From contig CAYWZD010000001.1 in assembly GCA_964462755.1 (NCBI GenBank), forward strand, positions 1,957-65,956: a DNA stretch of 64,000 bases, in the 5' to 3' direction. The position numbers and the translations under genes are program-made. The notes under the pieces were generated by a model. The model was not told where the DNA came from and made no database searches. It saw only the letters and a program-made list of their open reading frames with translations. This document shows, in pieces, positions 1 to 8,987 of this stretch. The first letter of the stretch is position 1; each line of letters starts with the position of its first letter. The DNA comes from an uncultured Victivallales bacterium. GTDB taxonomy: Bacteria > Verrucomicrobiota > Lentisphaeria > Victivallales > UBA1829.

Positions 1-543
1 GAAAACAAGTGCCTGAAACATCCGGTCGGAAGCATGTCCCTCGTCCGTAAAAATCAGACTTTTTCCATCCGCGCCGACCTCAAATTTCTCTCCGGATGAA
101 CTCTTGCAGACAATATGTTCTCCGTCGGAATCGTTTTTCAAGACGGAAAATGCATGCAGTGTCGGAAAGGTGAAGTCTACGCTGAAATTTTCCAGGGAAC
201 AGCCGGAACAAGCGATTACGGCGACCGGCAGAATTCCGCCATGAAAATAAAATGAGGAGCCTTTTCCGTCGATTGTCACGTTGCGGAGATTTTCCAGAAG
301 AATCGCCACCCTGCGGGATTTCTCCTGAAAATGGTTGGAGATGAAACAGGTTTTCTCAAAAGCGCCCTCTTCAAAGAAATCATACCGTCCCGGAGGAAAA
401 ACGATCCGAACCGGCGAACTGTCCTTCGGAAGGACGTCGAGAAGCCTCCTGAACGCCGGAACGGCATTCATGCCGGTTCCGGGACCGATTCCGAAAGAAT
501 CCAGGGACAATACGGTTTCCTTCATGGATGTTCCATCCTGCAT
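1..543 (-). CDS. right-handed beta-helix glycosidase-like protein (GH110-like by eye), N-terminal 181 aa only; C-terminus lies beyond the window edge
   Basis: Not in the supplied track because it runs off the window. My reverse-strand translation from ATG at 543 (alternative ATG at 525) stays open to position 1: MQDGTSMKETVLSLDSFGIGPGTGMNAVPAFRRLLDVLPKDSSPVRIVFPPGRYDFFEEGAFEKTCFISNHFQEKSRRVAILLENLRNVTIDGKGSSFYFHGG... The N-terminal layout matches the 54026..55735 protein (FPxGxYxF...NxxxxxKxxxxxLxxxxNxTxxG...FxFHG). It sits 10 nt downstream of the 554..1348 gene on the same strand. Confidence 0.55.
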   Translation of the reverse strand, partial: MQDGTSMKETVLSLDSFGIGPGTGMNAVPAFRRLLDVLPKDSSPVRIVFPPGRYDFFEEGAFEKTCFISNHFQEKSRRVAILLENLRNVTIDGKGSSFYFHGGILPVAVIACSGCSLENFSVDFTFPTLHAFSVLKNDSDGEHIVCKSSSGEKFEVGADGKSLIFTDEGHASDRMFQALVF

Positions 544-553
544 AAAACCGACC

Positions 554-1348
554 TTACCGGAAAGTGGTGGTTCCGTAGAACCAGTCGAGATAATTTTTCA
601 GCCATTGAATCTGTTCGCGGTGATCGTGACGGCAGAACCATCCGTTTTGGAGGATCACCCAGCCGTCGATGTTTTTCCGTTGGATTTCCTCGGAAATCTT
701 GCGGCACTGAAGCTGGAGTTTGTCCATGGGGATCGGATCGCCGTAATCCTCTCCGTAGTTGTGGATGAAAGTGCCTTGAAGAATCGGTTTGTTGAAAAGG
801 CGTTTCATCTTGAGGATATCCGGATGATAAGATGCGCTCCATGCATGTTCGGTGGAAACCCAGATCCAGTAGCAGATGCCGTCAAAGAAATCCGCATAAG
901 GGAGGATGACGTTCTGGTCCTGGTGGTCGTAGCGGACCACGAAGAGTTTCAGAGCCGGATTCCTGCTTTTGAGCTCCCGCTGGATGGTTTTCAGTTCCGC
1001 TACCGTCATGTTCCGGCTGGGACCGATGCCGTCGTAAAAATCGTCGATGATGGCGCCGCAGATATTGGGATGCGTGAGGGAGAACCCGCTGAGCGCCTCC
1101 GCCGATTCGAGATACTGCCCGTGCGTCAATCCACAGAGCACGTTTTGATACTTGGAAACATACTGGAACCTGTTGTCGTGAAGGGCGCCGATGTCAAGGG
1201 AAGAGTCCATGTATACGATGTTCTCCGCCTCCAGATAATCGGCGGCCGTCTCGATGCTGCAATGCGTCGGACGATCCACGAACGGCATTTCCGAGGGGAT
1301 TTTGTCCAGAGTGTATCCCCACACCCACAGATTGCTTTTTTTCATCAT
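554..1348 (-). CDS. hypothetical cytoplasmic protein (264 aa), possibly a glycoside-hydrolase-like TIM-barrel protein
   Basis: Track ORF with protein-like composition and no signal peptide. It is tightly packed in the minus-strand operon, 26 nt after the upstream stop. I do not recognise any catalytic motif. Confidence 0.7.
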   Translation of the reverse strand: MMKKSNLWVWGYTLDKIPSEMPFVDRPTHCSIETAADYLEAENIVYMDSSLDIGALHDNRFQYVSKYQNVLCGLTHGQYLESAEALSGFSLTHPNICGAIIDDFYDGIGPSRNMTVAELKTIQRELKSRNPALKLFVVRYDHQDQNVILPYADFFDGICYWIWVSTEHAWSASYHPDILKMKRLFNKPILQGTFIHNYGEDYGDPIPMDKLQLQCRKISEEIQRKNIDGWVILQNGWFCRHDHREQIQWLKNYLDWFYGTTTFR

Positions 1349-1374
1349 GAGTCCATTTTCCTGTCTGCGTTTGT

Positions 1375-4300
1375 TTATGGCCGGTTCTGAAAGGGAGGAA
1401 CCGGAATCCGGATTCCCGCCGTCAGAATCATGAAATCATTTTTCCCGAGTCTGACTCGGCCGCCGGGGCATTCCTCGCCCGTCTCGGCATTGCAGAAACG
1501 TGTCCCCGGAGCGAGGCCGAGTTTCTTTGCATCTGCGGTGAAGGCAAAATGTTTTTCTTCGCCGGAATTGCCGAAGATCAGCAAGACCTTCCCCGGACGG
1601 CGGTACGTTGCGAAAGTCACCCCTTCCGGGACTCCGGCGATCGCCCCGTCCGTCTCATAATAAGGAACGTATTTGCAATCTGGTTCCCAGATTCGGAATG
1701 CGGCGAGGATAGCGTATGTCCGGTAGAGCGTGGGACGGTGCATCCCGGCATCCGGCGGCATTCGAAGCCACGGTTTGAGATCGTGCGGAAGCATCACGGA
1801 CAATGCGCTCCGGGTGAGCTGTTCGAAAGTGCCGCCATCCCAAGTTTTCTTGTCGATTTTGTTACGGACGATTCCGTCCAGCACGACCCCTTCCGTCCCG
1901 ATCTGGGTGCCGAGCGATTCCGCACGGACGAAGTCATCGGGGAACCGCTTCTGGAAAACCTCTTCCCCGTAATGGTCCTCCCAGTCAAGGGTGCTGGTCG
2001 CGAAAGAGAAAACCGGAACGATCAAGGCATTGGTCATATGAACCTGAAGGAATCGCGGATTCAGGCCTTTTTCATACTGCATGACAGCAGCGCGTTTAAC
2101 CAGTTCCCGCATCTGGAGAAGTCCCGTCTGCGCGTGAAGGATTCCCTCCTCGTCCACTTTTGCCGCCGTATCGGGGTTCCGGCAGGTGAAGAAAAACATG
2201 TCATCGAAGTAAAGTCCTTCCAGCCCCGCATTCAGTTCGTCCCGATAAACGGCAAGGATGTAGTCCATATAGCTTGGGACATAGAACATCCGGCTGGCTC
2301 CGATGTAGTGGGACGGCTGGGAAATCCATTCGGACTTGAAATACTGCACGCCCTCGTCCTTGTATCCGGAAAGACTCGGATCGGAATATCTGACCGGCAG
2401 CGCGGGGCCCTGGAGAATTTTCGCGTCATGGATATAACTTTTCCGGCAGGAAAAATACCATCGGACATAGCTTTCCCTGCCGACATCCGGCAGATCGGAA
2501 TACTCTTTCGACACCTGATTCTTGTGACGATCGTCCCATTTCATTACTTCATTTTCGATTCCGATGTCCCGCCCCGTTTTATATTGACGGACCACGAAAC
2601 GGTACAAATCCCAGTCATCTTTGTAAGGACGCCGCTCCCATGTATTGGCGAATCCCATTGCCGGAGCATGAATCACGCAGATTTTCTTCATGTCCGGAAG
2701 GGCATTGGAAAAATAGGTCTGAAAATATTCCCTCCATTCGCCGCGATACGTTTTGACCGGCGTCGCATGGAGTCCGAAAGCCAGACGGTGCCCGTTCCCG
2801 AGCCGGACCGGACGGTTGATGAAGTCCGCTTCCAGAAACAGCTTTCCCTGTCGCCGGACAATCCGGACGGCGGGATCTTTTTCCGACAGTTTCATCCCGT
2901 AGGAATCCTGAAAGAAAAGACTCAGTCCGCGCTTTTCCGCTCCCAGCCACACATACGGGACAAACTGGGGGAGGACCGTGAGTTCGCCTTTCAGCGTCGG
3001 ACGGTGCAACAGGGTTCCGTCCCAGACGGTTCCCTGCCCGCCCGGCACTTTTCCGGACGGATTCCGGCGGATGGTGTCCGCTGCGATCACGTGAAAAAGC
3101 GGCGCTTCCGCATCCTCCAGAGGGATGACCAGAGTCAGCTTCTCCACCACTTTCCCCGCCACGTTTTCCAGACACAATTCGTTCCAGTAGAATCCGTCAT
3201 ATTCCAGCCGTCCCCTGGATGTCAGCGCCATCCCCTCCGGAGAAACCGCCTTCGATTCGATTTCCGCACAATAGCCGTCGCCCCGGACCGTAATGGCGGG
3301 AACTTTTCCTTCCAGACGGTAATTCTTCCCGCCGACCCGCAGTTCGTAATGCATCGGCTCCGCGAGCATTTCCCGTCCAAGACACTGAAGTGACTTGAGA
3401 AGTCCGTCTCCTCCAAACTCGTATCTCCGCAGAATGACTTCAAGCGCATTGTTCTTGCGGACGATTCCTTTGAATGGAGGAAGAATGATCTCCTTCTTTC
3501 CAAACGAATTGTTCTGCCACGGAAATGTTTTCTTTTCCAGAACCAGCACATTTTCGATGATTTTCCGCTTCCCGTCTTCCATTTCGAAACACAGCGATAC
3601 GGGATACCGTCCCGCGACGGGCGGAGTCCGGATCATTCCATTCCAATCGCCGTTTTTCTTTGACAGCGGATCACTTTTTCCGGCGCAGAGGGCCGTTACG
3701 CTCCGGACTTTCCGGTTCCCGGGGACGGCCAGATTGAGCCGGGCCGAATTCATGGAAGGATACTGGAAGCATTGACCGAACCCGAATTCCTTCAGATCGA
3801 ACTCATGGCTCGGAGGAATCAGACCGGAGGTGCTGCCGCGCTTTGCATAAAAACAGCGATGGAAAAACATCCGGCCGTCGGCGCAATCCCGGGCCGTGAC
3901 CTCCAGCGAGTAGAGGTTACGCCCGTTGACGCCGTATTCAAACGAGAGCGTTCCCGGTTTGGAAAACGTTCCGGATGCCAGTTTCAGAATTTGACCGCTG
4001 TCGTTCCTTGCGGCATGCTCCTTGAGAACAGCGTCGACACGGATTTTCTTCCCGGGAGGCAGAAACCCCACCCGGATTTCCGGAGACCAGAAACCATCCT
4101 GTATATTTCCGGTCCGGACAATCTGGACGGCGGGAGTCTCTTTCCGGAGATTGAATTCCAGCAGGGTCGAAGGATGAAAGTAGTTGGAGGTCGAGTTCAG
4201 GGCGGATGCCCCGGTTCCGGACCAGTTCCGTCCGATATTCATCCGGATTTTCTCCGAGGGAGAACCGATGGACTTGCGGGGAATGCGGAACTCGATCTCC

Positions 4301-4827
4301 CACCACCCGCTTTTGGCTTCACTGCCAATCCTCAGTCCGGGACAGTCCCATGTCAGGTCAAACGAATGCGGAACCCGTGTGAATCTCCGGTCGAAAACGA
4401 CCCCGCTGCTGTTGGCGATGATGTGATATGCTGTATTGGAATCGGAATCGCTCTGAAGGACCAGTTCAATGGAGTCGTCGCTGTAGACATCCCCGTCCCG
4501 CTGCCGTGCGGCCGAGGTCAAGCCTCCGCCCGGATCGTTGTTCTTCGCCATGCTGCGGACCGCCACATACAGATTCTCATCATCGGCGCAAAGATAAACA
4601 TATCCCTCTTTTCCGCTGAGCAGCAGCCCGTCGAAAAGCTGCACAAAACCAGTGGTGCAAAGACTTTTCGACCATTCCCCCGGACGGATTGCGCCGTCTA
4701 TGACGGGAGCCTCTTCCCGTCCGATCAGCGGAATGTCCGTGAAATCGGCGGAAAGAATTTTCCCCGCCCCCGCCCAGAACAATAAAACCAGCATCCATGC
4801 GGCTTTTTTCAAAGGAATGCTTCCCAT
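1375..4827 (-). CDS. large secreted protein (1150 aa) with an N-terminal CBM9/DOMON-like carbohydrate-binding module; catalytic function unknown
   Basis: Signal-peptide-like N-terminus MGSIPLKKAAWMLVLLFWAGAGKILSA. The module PVIDGAIRPGEWSKS...LYVAVRS...YSDDSIELVL...YHIIANSSG resembles family-9 CBM-like domains. The gene starts 3 nt after the stop of the pseudopilin-like gene. Confidence 0.85.
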   Translation of the reverse strand: MGSIPLKKAAWMLVLLFWAGAGKILSADFTDIPLIGREEAPVIDGAIRPGEWSKSLCTTGFVQLFDGLLLSGKEGYVYLCADDENLYVAVRSMAKNNDPGGGLTSAARQRDGDVYSDDSIELVLQSDSDSNTAYHIIANSSGVVFDRRFTRVPHSFDLTWDCPGLRIGSEAKSGWWEIEFRIPRKSIGSPSEKIRMNIGRNWSGTGASALNSTSNYFHPSTLLEFNLRKETPAVQIVRTGNIQDGFWSPEIRVGFLPPGKKIRVDAVLKEHAARNDSGQILKLASGTFSKPGTLSFEYGVNGRNLYSLEVTARDCADGRMFFHRCFYAKRGSTSGLIPPSHEFDLKEFGFGQCFQYPSMNSARLNLAVPGNRKVRSVTALCAGKSDPLSKKNGDWNGMIRTPPVAGRYPVSLCFEMEDGKRKIIENVLVLEKKTFPWQNNSFGKKEIILPPFKGIVRKNNALEVILRRYEFGGDGLLKSLQCLGREMLAEPMHYELRVGGKNYRLEGKVPAITVRGDGYCAEIESKAVSPEGMALTSRGRLEYDGFYWNELCLENVAGKVVEKLTLVIPLEDAEAPLFHVIAADTIRRNPSGKVPGGQGTVWDGTLLHRPTLKGELTVLPQFVPYVWLGAEKRGLSLFFQDSYGMKLSEKDPAVRIVRRQGKLFLEADFINRPVRLGNGHRLAFGLHATPVKTYRGEWREYFQTYFSNALPDMKKICVIHAPAMGFANTWERRPYKDDWDLYRFVVRQYKTGRDIGIENEVMKWDDRHKNQVSKEYSDLPDVGRESYVRWYFSCRKSYIHDAKILQGPALPVRYSDPSLSGYKDEGVQYFKSEWISQPSHYIGASRMFYVPSYMDYILAVYRDELNAGLEGLYFDDMFFFTCRNPDTAAKVDEEGILHAQTGLLQMRELVKRAAVMQYEKGLNPRFLQVHMTNALIVPVFSFATSTLDWEDHYGEEVFQKRFPDDFVRAESLGTQIGTEGVVLDGIVRNKIDKKTWDGGTFEQLTRSALSVMLPHDLKPWLRMPPDAGMHRPTLYRTYAILAAFRIWEPDCKYVPYYETDGAIAGVPEGVTFATYRRPGKVLLIFGNSGEEKHFAFTADAKKLGLAPGTRFCNAETGEECPGGRVRLGKNDFMILTAGIRIPVPPFQNRP

Positions 4828-4830
4828 GTC

Positions 4831-5565
4831 TCAGTCCCTGTCCCAATAGTTGTTTGCGGCCCCGGAATTTGTGGTTTTCCCATTGTCGAGCACCCCCGAA
4901 TAATAACTGATTCCGAGCTGTTTCTGATTCGAGGCGTTCCCCTCCGCCCAGAGAATGTTGCAGGTTCGCCCGTGGCGGTAAAAGGGGATGTTGTCGTTCG
5001 TGGGCGGATTCGTCTGCCAGGAATAAGCGATATACCACCCTTCCTCCCCGGTGGAACTCCCCGTCTTATAGGCGGAATCCACCAGCAGGACAGTGGCGGA
5101 CGGTTTCCGGATATTCTGTATTTTCGGCGGTTTGATCTGTCCCCACGCTCCGCCGTAGTAGGAGGTGAACGTTCCGCCCAGATAACAGGCGTTGTATCCG
5201 TAAATTCCGCCGGTAAAGCTCTCCACGCTGATCCGGTTCCCGGCAGGGTCCGACGGACAGCGCAGCATGTGACGCGTGCTTTTCCAGTTGACCGGTTTGA
5301 AATATCCGAGCGCCAGCAGCATCTTTCCCCAGGGATACTGGGTGGTCAATACCGAATCGTGTACCGGAGGAAAGTAGTCATTCTGGTCCCCGATATACTG
5401 ATGCATCACTATTCCCGCCTGTTTCTGGTTGTTTGTGCAGGCAATCGTCTGAGCCCGGATTTTCGCCGCATTCAGCGCAGGAAGAAGCATCCCTGCCAGT
5501 ATCGCGATGATTGCAATAACGATAAGAAGCTCTATCAGCGTAAAACTGTTCCCGTTTCGTTTCAT
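4831..5565 (-). CDS. prepilin-type N-terminal cleavage/methylation domain protein, H-X9-DG family (DUF1559-like), with a variant H-X9-EG motif
   Basis: N-terminus [35 protein letters not shown]. The C-terminal motif is RHGRTCNILWAEGN (His, nine residues, then EG). A GGAGA RBS lies upstream of the ATG at 5565. Confidence 0.9.
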   Translation of the reverse strand: MKRNGNSFTLIELLIVIAIIAILAGMLLPALNAAKIRAQTIACTNNQKQAGIVMHQYIGDQNDYFPPVHDSVLTTQYPWGKMLLALGYFKPVNWKSTRHMLRCPSDPAGNRISVESFTGGIYGYNACYLGGTFTSYYGGAWGQIKPPKIQNIRKPSATVLLVDSAYKTGSSTGEEGWYIAYSWQTNPPTNDNIPFYRHGRTCNILWAEGNASNQKQLGISYYSGVLDNGKTTNSGAANNYWDRD

Positions 5566-5568
5566 GGT

Positions 5569-6099
5569 TTATTCTCCTTTTTCCGTGATTGAACATCTGA
5601 AATCGCTGAGCGTCACTTCCGAACCGCTCCTTACCTCCATATAAAGAAGCATCTTCGCAATTCCTTTTCCTCCGGACACCGCTTGCAGGGGCATGGCGAT
5701 TTCCACATTTTTCCGGACAGACGACACCGGAAGCCATTTTCCGCATACCCCCAGCGGTTTTCCGTTCTCCGTATAGAGATAGGCCCCCGCGGAAAACGAT
5801 CCTTTTCCGGAAACGTCCGCTCTGATTTTCAGCAAGGCGCCTTCCCGCGCGGGAAAATACTGATAAGTAAAAACAGCACAGGCTTTTCCAGCCGGGGTCA
5901 GTGTGATTCCGGGATTGCCGTCGACCATGACCGGCGTCATGCTTCCGAGCGGCTGGAAACTTTTATCGGGATTCAGACGCCAGCCCGATACACAGCCTTT
6001 TCCATCCGCGGTGAAACGGTTGTCGACTTCCAGAAATTTCTCCCCCGCGGCAAGGCTGAACATTCCCGCCGCGAAAATCACTGCCATAAAACTTCTCAT
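5569..6099 (-). CDS. small secreted protein (176 aa), beta-sandwich/CBM-like by composition
   Basis: Signal-like N-terminus MRSFMAVIFAAGMFSLAAG. The start overlaps the LacI stop (ATGA-type overlap at 6096..6099). The body is Gly/Val/Ser-rich and beta-type. Confidence 0.65.
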   Translation of the reverse strand: MRSFMAVIFAAGMFSLAAGEKFLEVDNRFTADGKGCVSGWRLNPDKSFQPLGSMTPVMVDGNPGITLTPAGKACAVFTYQYFPAREGALLKIRADVSGKGSFSAGAYLYTENGKPLGVCGKWLPVSSVRKNVEIAMPLQAVSGGKGIAKMLLYMEVRSGSEVTLSDFRCSITEKGE

Positions 6100-7124
6100 A
6101 CCGTCATCTCCTCCTTATTTCTGCCGCTGTTATTCCGGGAACAAGGAAACCGCCCCGGTTCCATGCAGGACTCCCGTACAATGAAGTCCGGGACCAGTTT
6201 CCGTATCATGACCTTTCTTTGCTCCGGAAATTCCAGCGTGTTCATCAGCATTCCGACCAGCCTCTCCGAAGCAATATCCGGATTGATTCCATAAGTGGTA
6301 AGCGGAGGCAGCATCAGCGGAGAGTCGTCCGTGTTGTCGAACCCGATCACGGAGACATCTTCCGGGATGCGGAGTCCCGCCTTCGCCAAGGCATGATACA
6401 GGCAGAACGCCACGTTGTCGTTGTGCGCGATGACGGCCGTGATTCCCTTCGCTTCGGGGGAACGGAAAAAGTTCAAGGCGGTCTCCATGATCGTCCGTTT
6501 TTCCGATATCCGCGGAATGAGTATCTTCGTAAGACCGAGTTTCCGCTTTTTCGCATACCCGTCGGTAAAGTCGCACCGGGGGCCTTCCGCCACGCCGAGA
6601 TAGGCGATTTTCGTGTGCCCGAGTTTCTTCAGATAATCGATGCTGTTCCGGACGGAGAATTCCACATCCACGGTCACTGTCGAATTCTTTCCGGACGAAT
6701 CGCCCCATACAACATAAGGAATCCCTTCCGTTTCCAGGGAAGCGTGCGCATACCAGGAGATGATCCCATCCACATTCTGGGAAAAGATTCTTTCCATGAC
6801 CTCGTCGATTTCGTCATCCGCGTGCCAGAAGGAAAACAGCGGCATATATCCGTGACTTTGCAGGGATTTCTGGACCGCCAGAATCATCCGGGAGTAGTAC
6901 GGATTCACCGGTTCCGGCATGGCAACCCCGATGGAGCCGTGCTTTTCCGTACGGAGAGCCTTTCCGAAAAGATTCGGACGATAGTTGTTTTCTCTGGCCA
7001 GGTCGCGGATCATTTTCTGCCTGGCAGGAGAAATCCGTCCGTCGGCTTTCCCGTTCAGGACAAGGGAAACGGCGCAGATGGACATCCCTATTTTCCCCGC
7101 CAATTCTTTGATTGTGATTCCCAT
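6096..7124 (-). CDS. LacI-family transcriptional regulator
   Basis: HTH MGITIKELAGKIGMSICAVSLVLNGK plus a periplasmic-binding-protein-like C-terminal domain. The track ORF begins at a TTG (7130); I prefer the ATG at 7124. Confidence 0.9.
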   Translation of the reverse strand: MGITIKELAGKIGMSICAVSLVLNGKADGRISPARQKMIRDLARENNYRPNLFGKALRTEKHGSIGVAMPEPVNPYYSRMILAVQKSLQSHGYMPLFSFWHADDEIDEVMERIFSQNVDGIISWYAHASLETEGIPYVVWGDSSGKNSTVTVDVEFSVRNSIDYLKKLGHTKIAYLGVAEGPRCDFTDGYAKKRKLGLTKILIPRISEKRTIMETALNFFRSPEAKGITAVIAHNDNVAFCLYHALAKAGLRIPEDVSVIGFDNTDDSPLMLPPLTTYGINPDIASERLVGMLMNTLEFPEQRKVMIRKLVPDFIVRESCMEPGRFPCSRNNSGRNKEEMTV

Positions 7125-7143
7125 GCGCAAGCCCTTCAGAACG

Positions 7144-7155
7144 TTAAACGTTTAA
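7144..7155. promoter_or_regulatory. candidate LacI-type operator: perfect 12-bp palindrome TTAAACGTTTAA with a central CG
   Basis: Read directly from the sequence. The 18-mer ACGTTAAACGTTTAATGT pairs at 8 of 9 positions. It lies 20 nt upstream of the LacI start (7124) and 11 nt downstream of a candidate -10 box. Confidence 0.55.
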
Positions 7156-7166
7156 TGTTTTTAATT

Positions 7167-7194
7167 AAATTATCGTTCATTTTTCATTTGTCAA
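7167..7194 (-). promoter_or_regulatory. candidate sigma70-type promoter, TTGACA-16-TAATTT, for the LacI-led minus-strand operon
   Basis: The reverse strand reads ccTTGACAaatgaaaaatgaacgaTAATTTaatt. This rests on the motif match only. Confidence 0.4.
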
Positions 7195-7663
7195 GGTTTA
7201 AAAATAAAAAAAACAATTTTTTTGCGAAAAGCCAAGGGAAAAAGACAATCGCCCTGCATATATCAGACCCGAATACAGCCTTATCATTTCACAGTCACAT
7301 CTTCCGAAAACATTTCGGAATCTGAACGCCCATATGCGGGACCGCTTTGGAAAATATAAAGCATTCCAAGTTCAGGTGTATTAAGATTCGACCTTTTTCC
7401 AATTCGGATAGGAGTTCCGCAAGACCTGATGCAGGGTGTCCGTTGATACGGCGGAGAACGTCTTTGTGATCGGTCAGTGCGTTGAGGTCCATGTACGGGC
7501 CAGGCTGCCCCAGACTTTTATGACTGTCATTCTGACAGACCATGAAAAAAGTTCGAGAAAGCTTTTTTGCAATCGGTCGTAATGTTTTGTCAAAATTCAG
7601 GAAAAAGCAGGACTTGCCCAGCGTTGATTTTCAGCGGGTAGCAAATTGACTCGTTGACTTCAT

Positions 7664-7698
7664 GCCATTTCCTCTCGGTCGGAGAGCGATGGCTTTTT
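7664..7698 (+). terminator. intrinsic-terminator-like hairpin with a T5 tract (plus strand)
   Basis: GCCAT-ttc-CTCTC ggtcg GAGAG-cg-ATGGC followed by TTTTT. There is no annotated plus-strand gene upstream. Confidence 0.4.
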
Positions 7699-7853
7699 GC
7701 ACCCCAAGGTTGGATTGTGAACGTAACACGTCAAGATTTTTAGTCTCAAAACGGCGAAAGTTTGACCTGGAGTCCGAACGGAAAAACGGATGTCCGTCCG
7801 GGATACGAACCGTTCGGTAAACCATGATGTTTCACCGGTTGATGAAACGTTAG

Positions 7854-7889
7854 CCAACGGGATCTGCCTGAGATTCCTCTTGGTTTTTT
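7854..7889 (+). terminator. intrinsic-terminator-like hairpin with a T6 tract (plus strand)
   Basis: CCAA-c-GGGATCT gcctg AGATTCC-tc-TTGG followed by TTTTTT, about 11 bp including one G-U pair. It lies 18 nt upstream of the candidate -35 box of the LacI/GRE operon. Confidence 0.4.
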
Positions 7890-7906
7890 GAAGACATCCG
7901 ATTCCC

Positions 7907-7934
7907 TTGAAAATGTGGAAAGAACTATTATATT
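7907..7934 (+). promoter_or_regulatory. candidate sigma70-type promoter, TTGAAA-16-TATATT, for the LacI/GRE operon
   Basis: Sequence ccTTGAAAatgtggaaagaactatTATATTcc lies 25 nt upstream of the ATG at 7959, with a GGGAG RBS in between. Confidence 0.4.
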
Positions 7935-7958
7935 CCTTCTATATCGGGAGCGGTATTA

Positions 7959-8948
7959 ATGCAGAAAGTCACAATCAGCGATGTCGCACATGAGGCTGGA
8001 TGTTCCAAAGCCACGGTTTCCTATGTGATCAATCGGACACGGCCGATCAGCGAACAAGTGCGAAAAAAAGTTCTGGATGCGGCGGAGCGTCTTGGGTATC
8101 ACCCTTCCGGAAAACGGAATACACCGCAGAGACGTTCCATTGCCCTGCTGGTCCGCGGAGATTTCCGGGTCGGGGACGAACCGGCGTTTACATTTCATCA
8201 TGAGATTCTCCGCAGAGGTTATATCCCGCAGATTTTCATGTGCGGACCGGATGTGGAATCCTTGAAACTGGTACTCGCCGCGATTGGAAACGACCGGAAT
8301 GTCGCCGGCGTCATCAATGCCGTCCCGACGATTGGAAGCTTGAACCTGCTGAAATATTGCCGGGAACTCCCTTCTTTTGTCTTTGCACGCAACGGATGCA
8401 TGCTTTGCTCCGTCCACTGCAATTATACACATCGAATGCGTCTGGCGCTTTCGCATCTGCATTCCCTCGGACACCGTAAAGTCATATTTTTCATAGACTC
8501 TTCCACCGTGGATAAGCCGCAGATGATCAGCAATATTACATTTCTCCAAGAATATTCTCAATCGGTTGAAATGGGAACGCGAATTGTAACACATCCGGAA
8601 CAGCGGGACAATCGGGCCCTTTTCCCGAAGCTGGATAAAGTATGGAAGGATGGCTTTACCGCGGTTCTTGCATGGAATGATTTTTTTGCCGAAATGATAT
8701 ACCAATGGGCTTATGAACGGAACATTCGAATTCCGGATGCTCTGTCGATCCTGGCTTTCTGCGATGAATTCAGGGCACAGGGATTTGCTCCGCCGCTGAC
8801 TTCCGTGCAGATTCCGCTCGAGAAGCTCGTGCATTATACCGTGGATGCGCTTCTCGCACGGATCGAAGACCGCAAAACGGAAGAAGTCCTTCTGCATCCT
8901 TTCCTTTCTCCCGGTGCCTCCACCGGTCCCGCATTGAAAAAACATTGA
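7959..8948 (+). CDS. LacI-family transcriptional regulator
   Basis: HTH MQKVTISDVAHEAGCSKATVSYVINRTRPISEQVRKKVLDAAERLGYHPS plus a sugar-binding-type C-terminal domain. Confidence 0.9.
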   Translation: MQKVTISDVAHEAGCSKATVSYVINRTRPISEQVRKKVLDAAERLGYHPSGKRNTPQRRSIALLVRGDFRVGDEPAFTFHHEILRRGYIPQIFMCGPDVESLKLVLAAIGNDRNVAGVINAVPTIGSLNLLKYCRELPSFVFARNGCMLCSVHCNYTHRMRLALSHLHSLGHRKVIFFIDSSTVDKPQMISNITFLQEYSQSVEMGTRIVTHPEQRDNRALFPKLDKVWKDGFTAVLAWNDFFAEMIYQWAYERNIRIPDALSILAFCDEFRAQGFAPPLTSVQIPLEKLVHYTVDALLARIEDRKTEEVLLHPFLSPGASTGPALKKH

Positions 8949-8987
8949 ACGAAATCAGATTCTTTTCCATCTCCCCGCCGTTTTCTT

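Noticed and set aside
7295-7543. An 82-aa minus-strand ORF (MVCQNDSHKSLGQPGPYMDLNALTDHKDVLRRINGHPASGLAELL...) in the low-GC intergenic island. I considered it as a small gene or a transposase remnant.
   Set aside because: It has no SD and no motif I can place. It ends in low-complexity sequence, and nothing flanking it (inverted repeats, target duplications) supports a mobile element. It is left unannotated, and the region is discussed only as non-coding.
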